A DNA stretch of 64,000 bases from Nemertoderma westbladi. Taxonomy: Eukaryota; Animalia; Xenacoelomorpha. The notes beneath the pieces were generated by a model. That model searched no databases and was not told where the DNA came from. It saw only the letters and a list, made by a program, of their open reading frames with translations. The stretch's first letter is position 1. The number at the start of each line of letters is the position of its first letter. Location: the NCBI GenBank assembly GCA_032718475.1, contig JAUCBJ010008373.1:6350-70349 (forward strand), written 5' to 3'. Below, in pieces: positions 49,144-62,670 of the stretch. Made by a program: the position numbers and the translations under genes.

Positions 49144-50137
49144 CCAACAAGCAAATGATCTTTCCGTCAAGACTTTCTGACTAAATATATTTTATGTGCT
49201 CAAAATTTATAAAATCATTATCCGTTACTACTCAAATGACAATTTTTGAATATTTTATTTACTACTTTTTACTTTTTTAGTATGTCAAGGCTCTATTATT
49301 AGTTTGTTTGTTTGTGTGTGGCAGGAATGTTTGCACGCTAATAAGTCGGTCAACCATGAACCAAACTTGGTACACATGTAGTCTATCAAAAGTTTACAAA
49401 TTCTACACACAGACAGACTTATATAGTTCATCGGTCTGCCGCTGGGGGCGAATTGACAGAAACGTAAAAGTAGCTGTAATTATAGAACCAACCATCATCT
49501 GAAATTTGTTAGTAGTAACCTACGAGCATTGCTTAACTAGAAATTCTACACAGATAGACTTTTGTAGTTCCTCTGTTTGCCGCTAGGGGGCGAATTGTCA
49601 GAGCGTTAGAGTTCAGCGAGCTTAGCATGGTTTAATATGCATTGCCTTTTTTCGTTCATTTTATACTGATAAAGTTAATCGATAATACTAATGTGTTATG
49701 TAAAAATAAATTACCCCCCCCCCCCCCTGGATTAGATAAGTGCCCTAAAGATAGTCGTTTCAGAACCATAAATCATAGTAGGCATACCGGTACTGTGGCA
49801 GTTTTCATAAAAATTTATCAATTTTAACATTTTGGGTGCCTAATTCATTGTCTACTATAATTGGCGGTTGCACAGTTTCCGACAGTGTATTAAGGATTCT
49901 TGGATCAGCAAAAAACGATCTACGCTAAGCCCATCGTGTTCCGGGATATTATTTAATTGATACACAGTACTGCGTCATTTATTAACAAACCCTTCGATAA
50001 ATTAAAACCAATAATTATTGAATTTGACTATTCTATTGACATGAGTATAGAAAGTATCATTTATGTGATCCACCAGCACCTTGATAAAAGTACAAAGCAC
50101 AAATTACTCAATATTACACTACAGAAAATGAAAGTAA

Positions 50138-52629
50138 TTAGGACCAAGTCAGTGCACCGTCTTTCACTTTCAATGTAACGCGAATATTAACCGAAGCTAA
50201 GTGGGTGATTAGTAAATGGAGGGCTTGGGGGAAATCGTTTACCCGACAGATGCCGCTGGGTCCACATCGCATGCAGACCATGGAATCACCTGGTAAAATA
50301 GACAGACAACTTCCACAGGTCTCGCAGATGTAGGCAGTACGACTGTCGCAACATCCGACCAATCTGTCGAACAACAGCTCGCTGGCCCCGTGGCTCGCTA
50401 TCGCGTCTCTTTCCATCTCCCCGAACCGGATTCCACCGCCGCGTTGCCGACCCTTTATCGGCTGACCCGTGAGGCGATCCTTCGGGCCCGTGGTTCGACA
50501 TTGGAACTTATCCGACACCATGTGCCGCAGTCGTTGGTAGTAAACAGGACCCACGAAGATAGCCGCCTCTAACTCGAGTCCGCTGATACCGCTGTACAAA
50601 GGCTCGAGTCCGTGGTAATCGAAACCCGCCTCTCGAAGGTACTCGCTGAAGTACTCGATACCGGGGTTCGTATCGTTGTACTCGAACGGGGTGCCGTCGT
50701 GACAGAGGCCGTGGATGACGCCGCTCTTAGCCGCGAGAAATTCCACCAACATACCCACGGTCATCCGAGATGGGAATCCGTGCGGGTTGAACAAAATATC
50801 CGGAATCATTCCGCTCTCAGTAAAGGGCATATCGACCGTCGGCCACAGGAAACTGCAGACGCCTTTCTGTCCGTGACGTGTAGCAAATTTATCGCCGACG
50901 CTGGGATTCCGCGTCTCCCGCAGCACAATAACCACGTGCCGCGGCCCCACCCGGGCTCCCTCCGTCGCCCCACACAGTTTAATCTGCTCCACGTAAACTA
51001 CGTCGTTCTTCTTGTATCTCTCGACTTTGTACCGCCGGGTATTCGCTTCGTATGTGCTGTAAAACGGCGACCCCGCCGTTAACTCGCAACCAACATAGGG
51101 AAGTCCGTCCGAATCCAGATTCGGACAACCCGTCTCGTCGGGATCCAACGCGAAGGTGTAATCCAACACCGAACGTCTGCGATCGTCCACTAAGTTAATC
51201 CGGACGCCTTTATAGATGGAAGCTGCAGCCAATCCCCGTTCCATCGACGATTTATTAATGACTATCGCGTCTTCCATATCGTAGCCAGTGTAGGAGATTA
51301 CGGCGACTATAGCGTTGGTCCCCATTGGGTAGTCATCGAGATGGTATTCGTCGTAGGCTTGCGGTCGGACCAACGGCGCCTGCGGGGTCTGCAATCGGTA
51401 CATCTTGTTATCAGCGCGGAAGTCCAACGCGTGCACTGAACTCCCCATCGTTTGCTTCCCCATCTGGCACTGGTATATACAGCGGGGCGCCTGGTTGTGG
51501 TCCGAGAATGGAGTCATCTTACCGAGCATGCTGAGCATACTGTCCTTGGAGAGTTCCACATGGGTGGTCTCGGTACGTCGTTCCTTTGGCTCCACCGCTA
51601 TCTCCATGTACAGCTGCTCCATCGGCCCCAAGAGTTCCACCTCCGATAACTCGATGTTATAAACAGGTCGGATTAAACGCGCGGAGTTTGTGTAGATATA
51701 CACGGCTGGGTAGACGCAACCGGGTCTACGTGTCGCTATCACGACGATCTCAGCATCCGACGGGAGTTTGTTGGTCGCCACTTTCATCTGACGCAGACGA
51801 GCCCCGAACTCGTCGGCGTGGTCCCGAGACACCCAGCCGACCATCCGCCCATCGAGACAGACCGCGTAACTCCGGTTGTAGACGCCCCCTGGCGGGGACT
51901 GCACGTACGGGACCATCCCGACCGCGCAGAGCGCCGGGGCGACCCGCTCCAACGAGGGTTCCCCGATCGTAACGTCCGCGTCCCCCGCCAGGTGGTTCAG
52001 CAGTCCGCAGGGGGTCCCGTCCGGTGTGTGAACCGGACAGATGAACCCCCAGGCCTCCGGTAGGAGGCGTCGCACTGCCGTCGTTCGCATCGTCGTAAAG
52101 AAACTCCCCCGGTGAACGCACCGGAAGTGAGTAATGAACCGGAAGTAGTTGATTCTCTCCGCTATAACCGAGAACCCTGTGTACTGCATCAATCCAATCC
52201 CAGAGGAGCGATTGCCAACGTTACCAGTTGCTATGGTAGCCACTATAGCGACGCAGGGGTCGGCCATGCGATTGATCGTGTTTTGTATAACAGCTGGCGA
52301 TACCTGAACACTCTGAGCGCCAGTCTGCTGTAATTTCTTCAACAGGAGGTATCGAGCGTTGGTTAGAGACGATATGAGACGGTCGCGTAGCAACATGAGT
52401 AACAATTGTCCCGGGAGTAGGATCTCCTGGTTGTGCGGCGAGTCTGGCGACTCCAGAGCAGCTTCCCCGGACTGCACGGCGTAGAGTTTCCGCAACATAA
52501 AGGCGAGGATGTTGAATTTGTCGATGTTGTCTTCAAGATGGACAGCAACGCACTCGGCGATGAAGAGTTTGCCGACCTCTATGTCGGTGTACCACGACGG
52601 TGCGAAGGAACTACGTCGGAAGTATTTAC
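50138..52629 (-). CDS. POLR1B: DNA-directed RNA polymerase I subunit RPA2, exon 3
   Basis: HRGSFF, VRRLLPEAWGFICPVHTPDGTPCGLLNHL, YQCQMGKQTMG, SYTGYDMEDA, GDKFATRHGQKG, YYQRLRHMVSDKFQ, RFGEMERD and a C-terminal C4 zinc ribbon. Acceptor TTCCTCTGCAG|GT, phase 1. Confidence 0.96.
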
Positions 52630-52753
52630 CTGCAGAGGAAACAATCGAGTTTAGGAATCGCATTTAGCCTCCATTAGATGCCTCCTAGGAGGCTGAGGTC
52701 ACCCAAATGGTTGTATTAATTAATTTAACCCAAAATAGTACAGAGTAATTTTT

Positions 52754-53345
52754 GGTCGACTATAGAGTTGAAACAGTGAATTGTCACTGATCTCTGTTCT
52801 CTGGATTCTCCGGACGGTTTTTTGGTCTCTGTTTCCCGGGTATCCATCAGAGATCAGTGATTTTTTCAAATTAAAAAATATATATTTAACTTGTACGACA
52901 TAAAATTAAAAATATAAGATTTTTTTTCACAAATATTTTTTTACTATGAAATATTACAACTAATGCTTAATTTTAATTATTTTTAATACGCCGCTTCCAT
53001 AAAATTATATATTAACTTTTACACTATGTTTAATCATGACTCACACTAACTGTACATGCAATCTATTTAATTAAAGGTGTGTTTAATTAAGATAAATTAA
53101 CACCTAAAGATAATTCTTATTTAAGGATAAGGGTGCTTAATTTGATAATTAAGTTGATAATTTAAGTTGATAATTACGTACCTGTTTGTGCTATAGTCAA
53201 TTAATTGAAAGTACAAATATGCCGTAAGCAAAGTCTCTGATCTCTGGCTCTGGTCTCCGGCATTTTTTAAAATAATTCTCTGGGTAGGTCTCTGGTTCAC
53301 CGGCATTACGGAAAACAGGTCTCTGTTTCAATCTAGTCGACTATA
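52754..53345. mobile_element. TIR-bounded MITE-like insert in POLR1B intron 2
   Basis: GTCGACTATAGAGTTGAAACAG at the left and CTGTTTCAATCTAGTCGAC at the right. Confidence 0.55.
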
Positions 53346-53749
53346 ACATAACTTATTTTATGGTCTACCAAATCATATTGTCTGGGTCACTAAAAACTGT
53401 TCAGGATTATATTAATATTAAATTTGCGGTAGAATTGTGAAAAAACAATTACATCGCTCCTGTGAAAATGAGGAAACAAAGGGGGCAGAAATTTCATGCG
53501 AGAAAGACAAAATGATACGATATAGTAAAAAACAAAAAGGGTAATTTATATATATTTCCTAAAAATAAAGGATACGTTTGTGTGACGTGAACATTTTGGT
53601 TTTTAGGATTTTAGTGTTTAGGTTCAAAGGCGCAGTAGTAAAAACAGTTAGAAAGTCAGTTGAAGGCCCTATTATATAAACATGTTTTGAGTTGAGTTTT
53701 GAATGATTCTAAATTAGTGCTAGTTCTTAAGCTAAGCGGCCCTTTCATC

Positions 53750-54441
53750 TTGTGGGGGTGCATCATGTACCGTACAACACCTTGTGGGGGTGCATCAAGT
53801 ACCGATGGGAAAACAACACCTTGAGGGGGTGCATCATGTACCGATGGGAAAACAACACCTTGAGGGCGTGCATCATGTCAGGAAGGGAAAACAACACCTT
53901 GTGGGTGTGCATCATGTACCGAAGGGAAAACAACACCTTGTGGGGGTGCATCATGTACCGATGGGAAAACAACACCTTGTGGGGGTGCATCATGTACCGA
54001 TGGGAAAACAACACCTTGAGGGCGTGCATCATTTCAGGAAGGGAAAACAACACCTTGTGGGTGTGCATCATGTACCGAAGGGAAAACAACACCTTGTGGG
54101 CGTGCATCATGTACCGAAGGGAAAACAACACCTTGTGGGGGTGCATCATGTACCGAAGGGAAAACAACACCTTGTGGATGTGCATCATGTACCGAAGGGA
54201 AAACAACACCTTGTGGGTGTACATCATGTACCGAAGGGAAAACAACACCTTGTGGGGGTGCATCATGTACCGAAGGGAAAACAATACCTTGTGGGTGTGC
54301 ATCATGTACCGAAGGGAAAACAACACCTTGTGGGTGTGCATCATGTACCGAAGGGAAAACAACACCTTGTGGGGGTGAATCATGTACCGATGGGAAAACA
54401 ACACCTTGTGGGGGTGCATCATGTACCGAAGGGAAAACAAC
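53750..54441. repeat. 39-bp tandem minisatellite, ~17 copies, in POLR1B intron 2
   Basis: TTGTGGGGGTGCATCATGTACCGAAGGGAAAACAACACC repeated head to tail. Confidence 0.95.
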
Positions 54442-54959
54442 AGCTTGCATGGATGAACAATGTCTTAAAAATGTTCGATAATAATAATTGGTAATAAAAG
54501 GCTTAAGTTAATTGAAACAAAGGTTTGCCAAAAAGTTTTTGGAGAAGTTTTTTGGACTTTTTGGAGATACTGGGATTTGGCGTAAATCCAAAGCCCTATA
54601 AATCCAATCTCCATAAAGTTTCATATCAAAACCCAGTATCTTCAAATAGTTTCATATCAAAACCCAGTATCAACGACTATGCCTCATTTAATGAGTAATA
54701 ATTAAATTCTGGTAAATAGATTCCTGTTTTTTATTGGTTGGCTAAATTAACCAATGGCTTCCCTTGGTTCTGACAAATTTTGGGTTCATTTCATAGCTTT
54801 GATCATCAATCGCAGAAGGTCGAAAGTCTTTTGCGTTTTTCTCAAAATGAAAAATTTGGGGATACTGGGTTTTGGAATGAAAGGGACGTAAGGGGGAGGC
54901 TGTTGAAAATAACTGGGGCAGCATGTTTAAATGCACGGGAACCAACCGTCTTTAAGTTG

Positions 54960-56015
54960 TATCTTGGGACCAATAAAGTCCACAGTTGTTGGGTTCTAGT
55001 CGGGTTGTAGTTTTGGATTCAACAGTACTAAAATGTAAGCCGGGGCGAGACCATTAATCGCCTTCCACGTCATGAGTGCAATCTTGTACTCGATACGGAA
55101 GGTGACCGGCAACCAGTGAAGAGTTCGTAAAGTAGGGGTGATGTGAGACCGAACAGGTTGACCTGAAATAAGGCGGGCGCAGCTATTAAGTGCAAGTTGT
55201 AGTCTGTTGAGGGACACAGTTGGTAGATTATACAGGAGACTGTTGTTTTGATTGATACGTGATATTATTAGAGCATTGACAAGCTTCTTCAGATTATCAG
55301 AAGACAAGTGTTCTTTAATTCGACGTATTTTCCAGTTCCTGAGGGGAAAGTTAATAGATGCTGCGAGAGTTTTAATGTGATCGCGCATATTTAGCTGACT
55401 ATCGAAGCGAACTCCAAGGGTTGTTACGGTGGATAGGGATTGAGTTATCTTGCCGCCTAGAGAGACTGAGAATTCTGATGCAAAGCTCAAGAAATCATTG
55501 CCGCGTCCAATTAGTAGGATGTCTGTCTTGTCATCATTCAAGAACAGGTGAAGTTCGTCGAGTTGGACTTTGATGGCTTGAATGCAAGTTGTTATCGAAG
55601 CTTTTAGTGTCAATGAGTCAAGGCAGTCGAAAATTATGAAGATCTGGTTGTCGTCAGCGTAGATGTGGTAACCAACTTCAAGATGATCACATGCCGTAGC
55701 AATGGGTAGGCAGTAGATAAGGTACAGGATTGCTCCAAGGACTGCGCCCTGGGGAACTCCACTCAAAAGGTTTACAACTCGATAAAGTTTCCCATTTATT
55801 GAATCTACGAATGATCTATCTGGACCGTCACGTCAATGCCGATATTATGAAGTGTCTCCTGTAATATGTTGTAATCGACAAGGTCGAGGGCGGCCGATTG
55901 GTCTAAGAGAATGAGAGCTGCGAATTTACCACTATCAATAGTTTCGAGTAAATCACTTTGTAATCTGCACAATAGTGGTTCAACAGAGTGACATTTACGA
56001 TAACCCGATTTACGA
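54960..56015 (-). mobile_element. Degenerate L2/CR1-group LINE RT fragment in POLR1B intron 2
   Basis: GVPQGAVLG, YADDNQI, LNDDKT, LGVRFDSQL, HITPTLRTLHWLPV..RIEYK. Upstream frameshifted SGYRKCHSVE...LLDQSAALDLVD. Confidence 0.9.
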
Positions 56016-56187
56016 TAAATGTTTCTTTTTATACAAAAAAAAAAATTGTGTGTAAAATCAACATGATCATTAAAATCTAGGATCGATTGCTTTCTATTGC
56101 GGAATATAGGTAGACTGTAACTTATATTCGTAAGGATTAATAGAGATCAATAAATTAAATAAAACATAGAGAAATCATAAACCTTAC

Positions 56188-56762
56188 CGATATACTCCAA
56201 GGCGTGATTGCGTCGATATATTGCGTGCGAGAGAACCAAATCCGCTAACATATACGTTATGGAACCTTCAACAGGTGTGTTACCTTCGTTCCCCTTGATA
56301 AGTTCTGTTAGTATCTCCTTGTCGGTATAATCAACCAAACAACGCAGAACTATAGCCAAGGGAATGTTGTACGACTGTTTCTTATGGCTAAAGTTCATAA
56401 CAGCCGAGCCGTTGTTCAGATAGTGTAGAACCATAAGAGACGATGATTGGTCAGGCCGCAGACATCGCATTAGAACCCCGTAGGGAGTGAACAGCTCCCC
56501 TCGCTGAGTCCAGGAATTTCGTTTAACTGCGATGGGAAAGTTCCTACGCTGCATTATCAACATCCGCACGACCTTTTCGTTGCCTTTCACTATAAAGTAA
56601 CCCCCAACCTCGTTGTGCTCCTCCCTGCGTGCGACTAACTCCCGGGGTGTCAGTCCACCCAGGTTGCAGTAGTTGCTCTGTACCATAACGGGGAACTGTC
56701 CAAGAGTTCGGTCCTGCGTACCTGAGTAACCGTCCAAAGTCCAATGTATCCGAGCCATTAAC
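56188..56762 (-). CDS. POLR1B: POLR1B exon 2
   Basis: LGQFPVMVQSNYCNL, GGYFIVKGNEKVVRMLI, LHYLNNG. Acceptor TTTCTAG|G (phase 2) and donor G|GTAAGG (phase 1). Confidence 0.93.
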
Positions 56763-57412
56763 CTAGAAAGTATGAAAGTCGTCGTATAACATCATGTATG
56801 GCTGTATGGGACAGGTAGTGGTGCAAATTAACCGCAAGTGCAAAAAACTTTCGTTTATTGTTTTGGTTCGAAAACAGAGTGACACGTCCTGACGTCACTG
56901 TTATACCGTTATTATAAAGATATAAATATAAAGATGATACCGTTATATAATATCACGCACCCACATATAGGGATGGGAAATAAATTAACTTGTCAGTGTA
57001 TAAAAGAGAACGAGGTGTGGAGATAGTGTAATAATCAAAACATAGTATGATAGTATAAGTCTACCATATATTTGTAATCAAATATATATTAATTAAGTCA
57101 TTACGTAGATGAATATATATAAATATTTAATATTCATTTCCCAGGGCATGGTGTTGGTGTTGAGGTTGGACTAAAAACATATTATTATTTAGTTACAAAA
57201 TTGATATCAATATTATTTATTACCTTTGGTTTGTTAGTTTTTTTTAATACTACAGTCTGACAGTACTAGGTAGCTAGGCCTATTCTTTGGTGATCTTCAC
57301 CAGTCAGTCAGTTTATCTTACTGTCTTACCGGTTAGCCGGTAGCTATATGTTATTAATAATTAGGAACTGTCTGACACTGACACTAATTAGCCTCTATTT
57401 AGGCCTACTAAC

Positions 57413-57756
57413 CTCGCGCTGTAAGTTACCCCTCGCTCTCTGCACTCGTTCGGAAACAGTTTGCTGGTGCGACTCCGTCCGGTTAAGTCCTGTGTGACCA
57501 TTGGTTTAGTTAAACTGAGATCCTGATAGGCGAAAGTAACCCTCTTTCCGTTTGGTAGTTCGAACTCCTCCGGTCGCAGGGTGTCTAAAATCTTCCGGAA
57601 GCCGATATTACACATCCAGTTGTAGCTCTCGACGTGCGGTTTCACGAGGTTCCGTATCAGTTGTAACTGTTCCTCCGGTAGGTCGGCGTAGGTACCGTCG
57701 TTTAGGTGCCGGAATGAACGCGGTTCCTTAACCTTAGATGGAGGAAAATTATCCAT
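57413..57756 (-). CDS. POLR1B: POLR1B exon 1
   Basis: PHVESYN, LFPNECRERGVTY. Donor AG|GTTAGT (phase 2). Spliced CDS is 344+575+2492 = 3411 nt, or 1136 aa plus stop, the expected size for RPA2. Confidence 0.92.
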
Positions 57757-60700
57757 AGTCAGAAAGCACGATTTCGATCGCTAAACAAAACTATCAAATG
57801 AAGTAAAACACCTAAGAACGTCAGAACCTAGACATCTATGGCAGTATGGTGCGGGTCGATCCGGTGTCCGGCCGTCCGGCAGTCCGGTCAGCCGGTACTG
57901 ACTGACTGATATTTATTAGGCCTATACCTGTATACCCGTGTAGGCCTACAGCTATAGATAGATATTCTGGGCTGATGGCTGTACTGTAATCAGGGAATAG
58001 CATAATTTTAATTAGACCTAATTAAAAGAAATGAAAATGTGACATTTCAATAATGTACCGGTCTGCCGGTCAGCCGGTAGGCTGGTAGGCCCTATACATG
58101 ATACATGCTGACATGTTTCTGTCAGTCTGTGTTTCCTCTGGGGGGGTGGTACATTCGTACATTGAATGTACGGCTGTAGCCTACGGGTACGGTAGTCGCG
58201 GGATGTCGGGTAGTGTAGTGTTTAATGTTTACTGGTTTAATATTACAGTATTAAGGTAAAGGAAGCAAGTACTGAAGTAGTAGGCCTATAGAATAGAAGT
58301 GCATTCATATTTTACTGTTTTCTGGTTTTATACTGCCAGACTGCAGTGCAATAGTGATGTAATGTGGAGTACACTAGTGCTGTTAGTGTTTGTGTATCTC
58401 TTAGTGGGAGACTCTTACGACATACGACAGTACGACCTCAGGATTTACTGTGTACTGGTACTGCTGTACAGCTGTACTCGTTGTACTGCATACAGGCATA
58501 CTGCCTACTTTACAAGCGATTTAAGATATTGCAACATTTGAATCTCCCGCTAATAATCCTCCCCTCTGCCTGCCTCCGTAACCAGGTAGCCGATCATTTA
58601 AACAAATATCACTAATCACTACAAACTCTCAGGGCCGTATTTAGGGGGGAGCCCCCCCCCCCCCCCCCCCCCTGATCCCACAACTATTGCGATTGGCCGA
58701 ACTATAGAGGAGCCGAAACGGAACCGAACTGAAACCGAACATGGCAATTTTGAATTTTGCCACTTATTTTTCCAAAATATATTAAATACAAAACAAAAAG
58801 TTAGTATGAAAAACACTAAATATTTTTGTAGCTTATGAATTATATTTTTTCACATTCGATTCTTGCATTTTTTGACCAGATGTTTTTATACTGATATAAT
58901 CAGGAACATGCTTCAAATTTATCATTTCCACGTCTAAATACAGAAATAGGGATATGAGTTTTCCTGAAATATATTTTTCAAGGAAATTTCCATAAATTTC
59001 CGGAAAAGTATATTTCAAACCTTAACACATCTAAGCAGGAATCCCTTGTTTTTATTGTTTACTCTACTTGTTTTTTACTATGTTTTCAGAATGTGCTAAA
59101 TTTTTATCACCAATATTTTTATCACAATAAATCTGCCTGGTATGTACTACATAATGTACCAGCATACTGCCAATACAATCGGTATGATATTATTATGACC
59201 ATTGAGGAGCGTCTTTTAGTAAAATATGTAAAGTAATCCGAAGAAACCAATGGACGGCGGTTCTCCCCCAGTACGGTACTTCATATTTCGGGTATTATAC
59301 TGTATGTAAACCATGACGTTGTAAATATTCTCCAGAAATATTAATTCTGTATAATGTATGTAATATAATACAAGCATATTTAACATAAAAATATAAAGGG
59401 GGCCCGAATTTTCCAAAATTACGTTGCCTGGTACATTCATTCCAAGATTCAGCTTAAATTTAAGATCAAGGAAATGGGAAAGGTTATCACTTTCATACAT
59501 TTTGCCCTCTAGCGATAGATTGGAGAACTACAGACCGGATCAAAAATAACGGAATTGGTCAAATAATTTTTTATATTCTAATTATTCCATTCTAATTATG
59601 ATTCCCAGTAGTTAGTTACCTACAGTTAGTTAGCTACCTGTCTTCATTCCAATACTCGTTCTGTCACCCATTGTGAATTTCTCTCTAAATTTCCTGGCTT
59701 GTCCTCCTGAGAATGCCTTCAGCTGCGGGGCGAAACCTACCGATCAGCTGGCTGCCGTCAGCTGATCACTGATTGCATGCAACGTCTAGGTCTTGTTGCT
59801 TTTTAGTTTTTACATACTTTGGTACTAACACACCTACCGGTAAGGTTTTTTATTTAACGTGCTTGATAAATAAATAAATATAATCCGTAATTATTGGATA
59901 CTCAAGCTTCTATTTCAATTGTTACTTTTCAACAATCAGAAAATTGCATTGTAAGAACGGGATCCGCTTTTTACAAATTTGTAAAGACCGGACACCATAA
60001 GAAAGATGTAAAGGTGACACAATGGTGTCTATGGGATCCGCGGGCGCAATGGTTTTCAATGGGAACATCGGTTTACAAATTTGTATACCACGGATCACAT
60101 AGACTTATTATTTTATCCACAGTTTCTAGGATCCGCGGATCCGTCATTGCTTCTATGGGATCTGCAACAGGATCCGCAGATTTTGCTGGGATCATTGTTT
60201 TACAATTTCCCAAATTCCACTTTTGAAACGTCAGGGTAGCAATCCTAATCTCATGCATTTATAAGTAATTTAATTATATAAAAACAAAGTAACAAAATAA
60301 TATATACTTTCGTAAGAATCAGCGCAGTGATTCAAATAATTAAAATTAAACATAATAAACAATAATTATACGATACGATTATGAGCGATTAATAAGCCAT
60401 AAGTAACGTACCCATACCCATCCAATGCACTATCATTGTTAGAATTGGATGGAAAGCCCTTTAGCTCAGCTGCATAGTAGCCGAGTCAATAGTCTAGTCT
60501 GGCTGTCTGTGTAGCCGAGTCGAGGTAACATAGTATGTAACTGTTATGTTATGTCATGTAAATGTTATCCCACAACTGGTTCACCTCAAGTTAAATAATT
60601 ACATGATCAGGAATTTATATTTACGACATTGGCTTCCGCTGTTGCCCACCATTTAAGGGCCCTTCTATTTTCTCTCAATGGCATACTCTAATCAGGTATG

Positions 60701-61548
60701 GTCTGGTCTATCTGTCTATTAATGGTGCTTGCTATATGTGAGGTATAAATATTTATTGACACCCCCCCCCCCCCCCCCCCCCCCCCCCGGCATCGTTTCA
60801 TGATCATGAATTTAAGTGATTGTAGTGTTAAAAGACGCGCAAGACTCCGCTTTCAATTGATATAAGCCACGAATGAAATGATTTAGATTAAATCTGCATT
60901 TAAATCGATCGAAAATCATCCTCCATAGAATACATTATAAGAAATCATCTGAACACTGCGTAGTGACGTCAAATATGTAGCAGCCAATCCCAGCCGATTT
61001 TCAAAATTGACTTCTCGGGCTTACTTAAACCCGCAATTTCGACCGTTTCCGCGTGTTGTTAAAAAAACACACCCCGCCACTCGATTCAGGGCACCTTGTT
61101 ACCCCTTATTCGATTGTTTCTAGCCCAACAATTTTTTTTGTATTTTTTTTACTTCACTAACTTCAGTAACAATTATTTGTCACTGCAGAAGTTTCTTTTC
61201 TTTTGTACATGTCTAACCAAAACAAAAAAACGAAACAATATTTCTATTACGGGGAATTTCTGTCAATTTCTGAGTTCTTCACTACTTTTATGGAAGATAA
61301 GAAAGATAACAATAAGAACCTTGGGGGAACCGCCCTCAAGGACGAATGTCCTATTGTACCCTACCCCCCCCCCCCCCCTCCCCAACGTGAGGTGAGTCGA
61401 TTCCCAATGATATCTTACATCGCAAGAAAATTACAATATTCTTTAAATTCACAAAACATACAGTATAAATGACAAAAACTAACGACATAAAACTGTAAAA
61501 ATTATGTTTAAAAAAGTGTTAAGCTTTAAAATTGTCCTTCAGTTTCAT

Positions 61549-62670
61549 TTAGTTAATAAGTTTAAACATTAACAAAACCAACGCGACATTCAATGAAGAA
61601 TAAGAACTTGCCAGAAGATTAATGGATGCGTTGATGCACCAACCGGAAACCGGGTCAACGCGCTGATAATCCGCGCAACGACACACCTCGGCCTCCTGGT
61701 CGCAGACCGCGTTGTATCCGCAGAAGGAAGAATCAAAGTCGGACACATCGCGATGGCACCTCCGGACGCAGTTACCGTACACAGGATCCGGCTGGTAATC
61801 CACCGGACACTTACACACCTTACGCATATCGTTTCTCTCAGAGTCTGCGAACACACACTTCCCTCCCATACCGCAAGAGAAATCGTCGGAGCAAGTAATC
61901 ATACAACTTCCGGTCTCGTAGTTGAGCACATAACCGCGCAGACAGTTGCAGAACTTAGGGTTTTCTGAATTGGCGACGGGAGCGTGATTGATGAATTCGT
62001 CTTCGCAGATACCCATGCGGACTCCATTGAAGGTTCCGCATTCCTCGGTAGAACTGCAGGGCAACACGCACTGATTGAACCGCTGGTACAGATAGCGACC
62101 GCCCCGCGCACACTGACACCTACCGGTATGCGCGTCGCACGTGTTTCCTTCCTCGCAGTAATGCGTGGATGAAATAGAAGGGGAACACATTGGGGAGCAG
62201 TGAATTCCATCGTCTGCTAGTATGAGTCCATCATGGCATCGACAGTACATACCGTACTCCAACCCCGGACCTTGACAGGTTCCCCCATAACAATCATTGT
62301 CGCTGCCGCACGAATGACTGCATCCGCTGTCCACTAGGTATGGGTTACGGGTGTACGTAGCCCCGTTGACTTTCAAGCATTCACATCTATCCCCGATGCA
62401 CACCGTGTTAACGCCGCACGAACCCCCGGCTTGGCAGGAGACGCACGAATCCTGATCAGTTGGGACAACGTAGCCTTCGCTACAATGACAGCCCTTCCCG
62501 CTGCTGTTACAAACGGTGTAATCCTTTACCTCGCTGTGTATCTTGCACTCTGGTAAGTCTTCGTTAAGCTCCGGGTAGTCATGGCTACAGATGGCCTGGG
62601 ACAACAAGTAATTTGCCTCAGTTATCAACCAATTAGAGACTAGAATCACACAAATGATGGACAACTTCAT
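61549..62670 (-). CDS. Secreted cysteine-rich protein with tandem EGF-like/EB-like modules, probable GPI anchor (373 aa)
   Basis: Signal-peptide-like MKLSIICVILVSNWLITEA. About 7 repeats of C..C..C..C..CxC..G(Y)..C. Ser-rich spacer plus hydrophobic C-terminus (NASINLLASSYSSLNVALVLLMFKLIN) with no cytoplasmic tail. Confidence 0.85.
   Translation of the reverse strand: MKLSIICVILVSNWLITEANYLLSQAICSHDYPELNEDLPECKIHSEVKDYTVCNSSGKGCHCSEGYVVPTDQDSCVSCQAGGSCGVNTVCIGDRCECLKVNGATYTRNPYLVDSGCSHSCGSDNDCYGGTCQGPGLEYGMYCRCHDGLILADDGIHCSPMCSPSISSTHYCEEGNTCDAHTGRCQCARGGRYLYQRFNQCVLPCSSTEECGTFNGVRMGICEDEFINHAPVANSENPKFCNCLRGYVLNYETGSCMITCSDDFSCGMGGKCVFADSERNDMRKVCKCPVDYQPDPVYGNCVRRCHRDVSDFDSSFCGYNAVCDQEAEVCRCADYQRVDPVSGWCINASINLLASSYSSLNVALVLLMFKLIN

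Noticed and set aside
45257-49184. Repeat-protein genes from the ORF track
   Set aside because: ORFs appear in several frames and on both strands because the repeat units lack stops. Unit lengths of 22 and ~55 bp do not hold a frame.
49295-49630. Helentron/DINE-like short element
   Set aside because: A (TTTG)n microsatellite and an internal duplication are suggestive, but I could not define the termini.
50286-52654. Short ORFs overlapping or antisense to POLR1B exon 3 (and similar ones within the other long CDSs)
   Set aside because: Shadow ORFs of GC-rich coding sequence with no recognisable motifs.
53752-54494. 13-aa repeat proteins
   Set aside because: Open in four frames purely from a 39-bp minisatellite inside a POLR1B intron.
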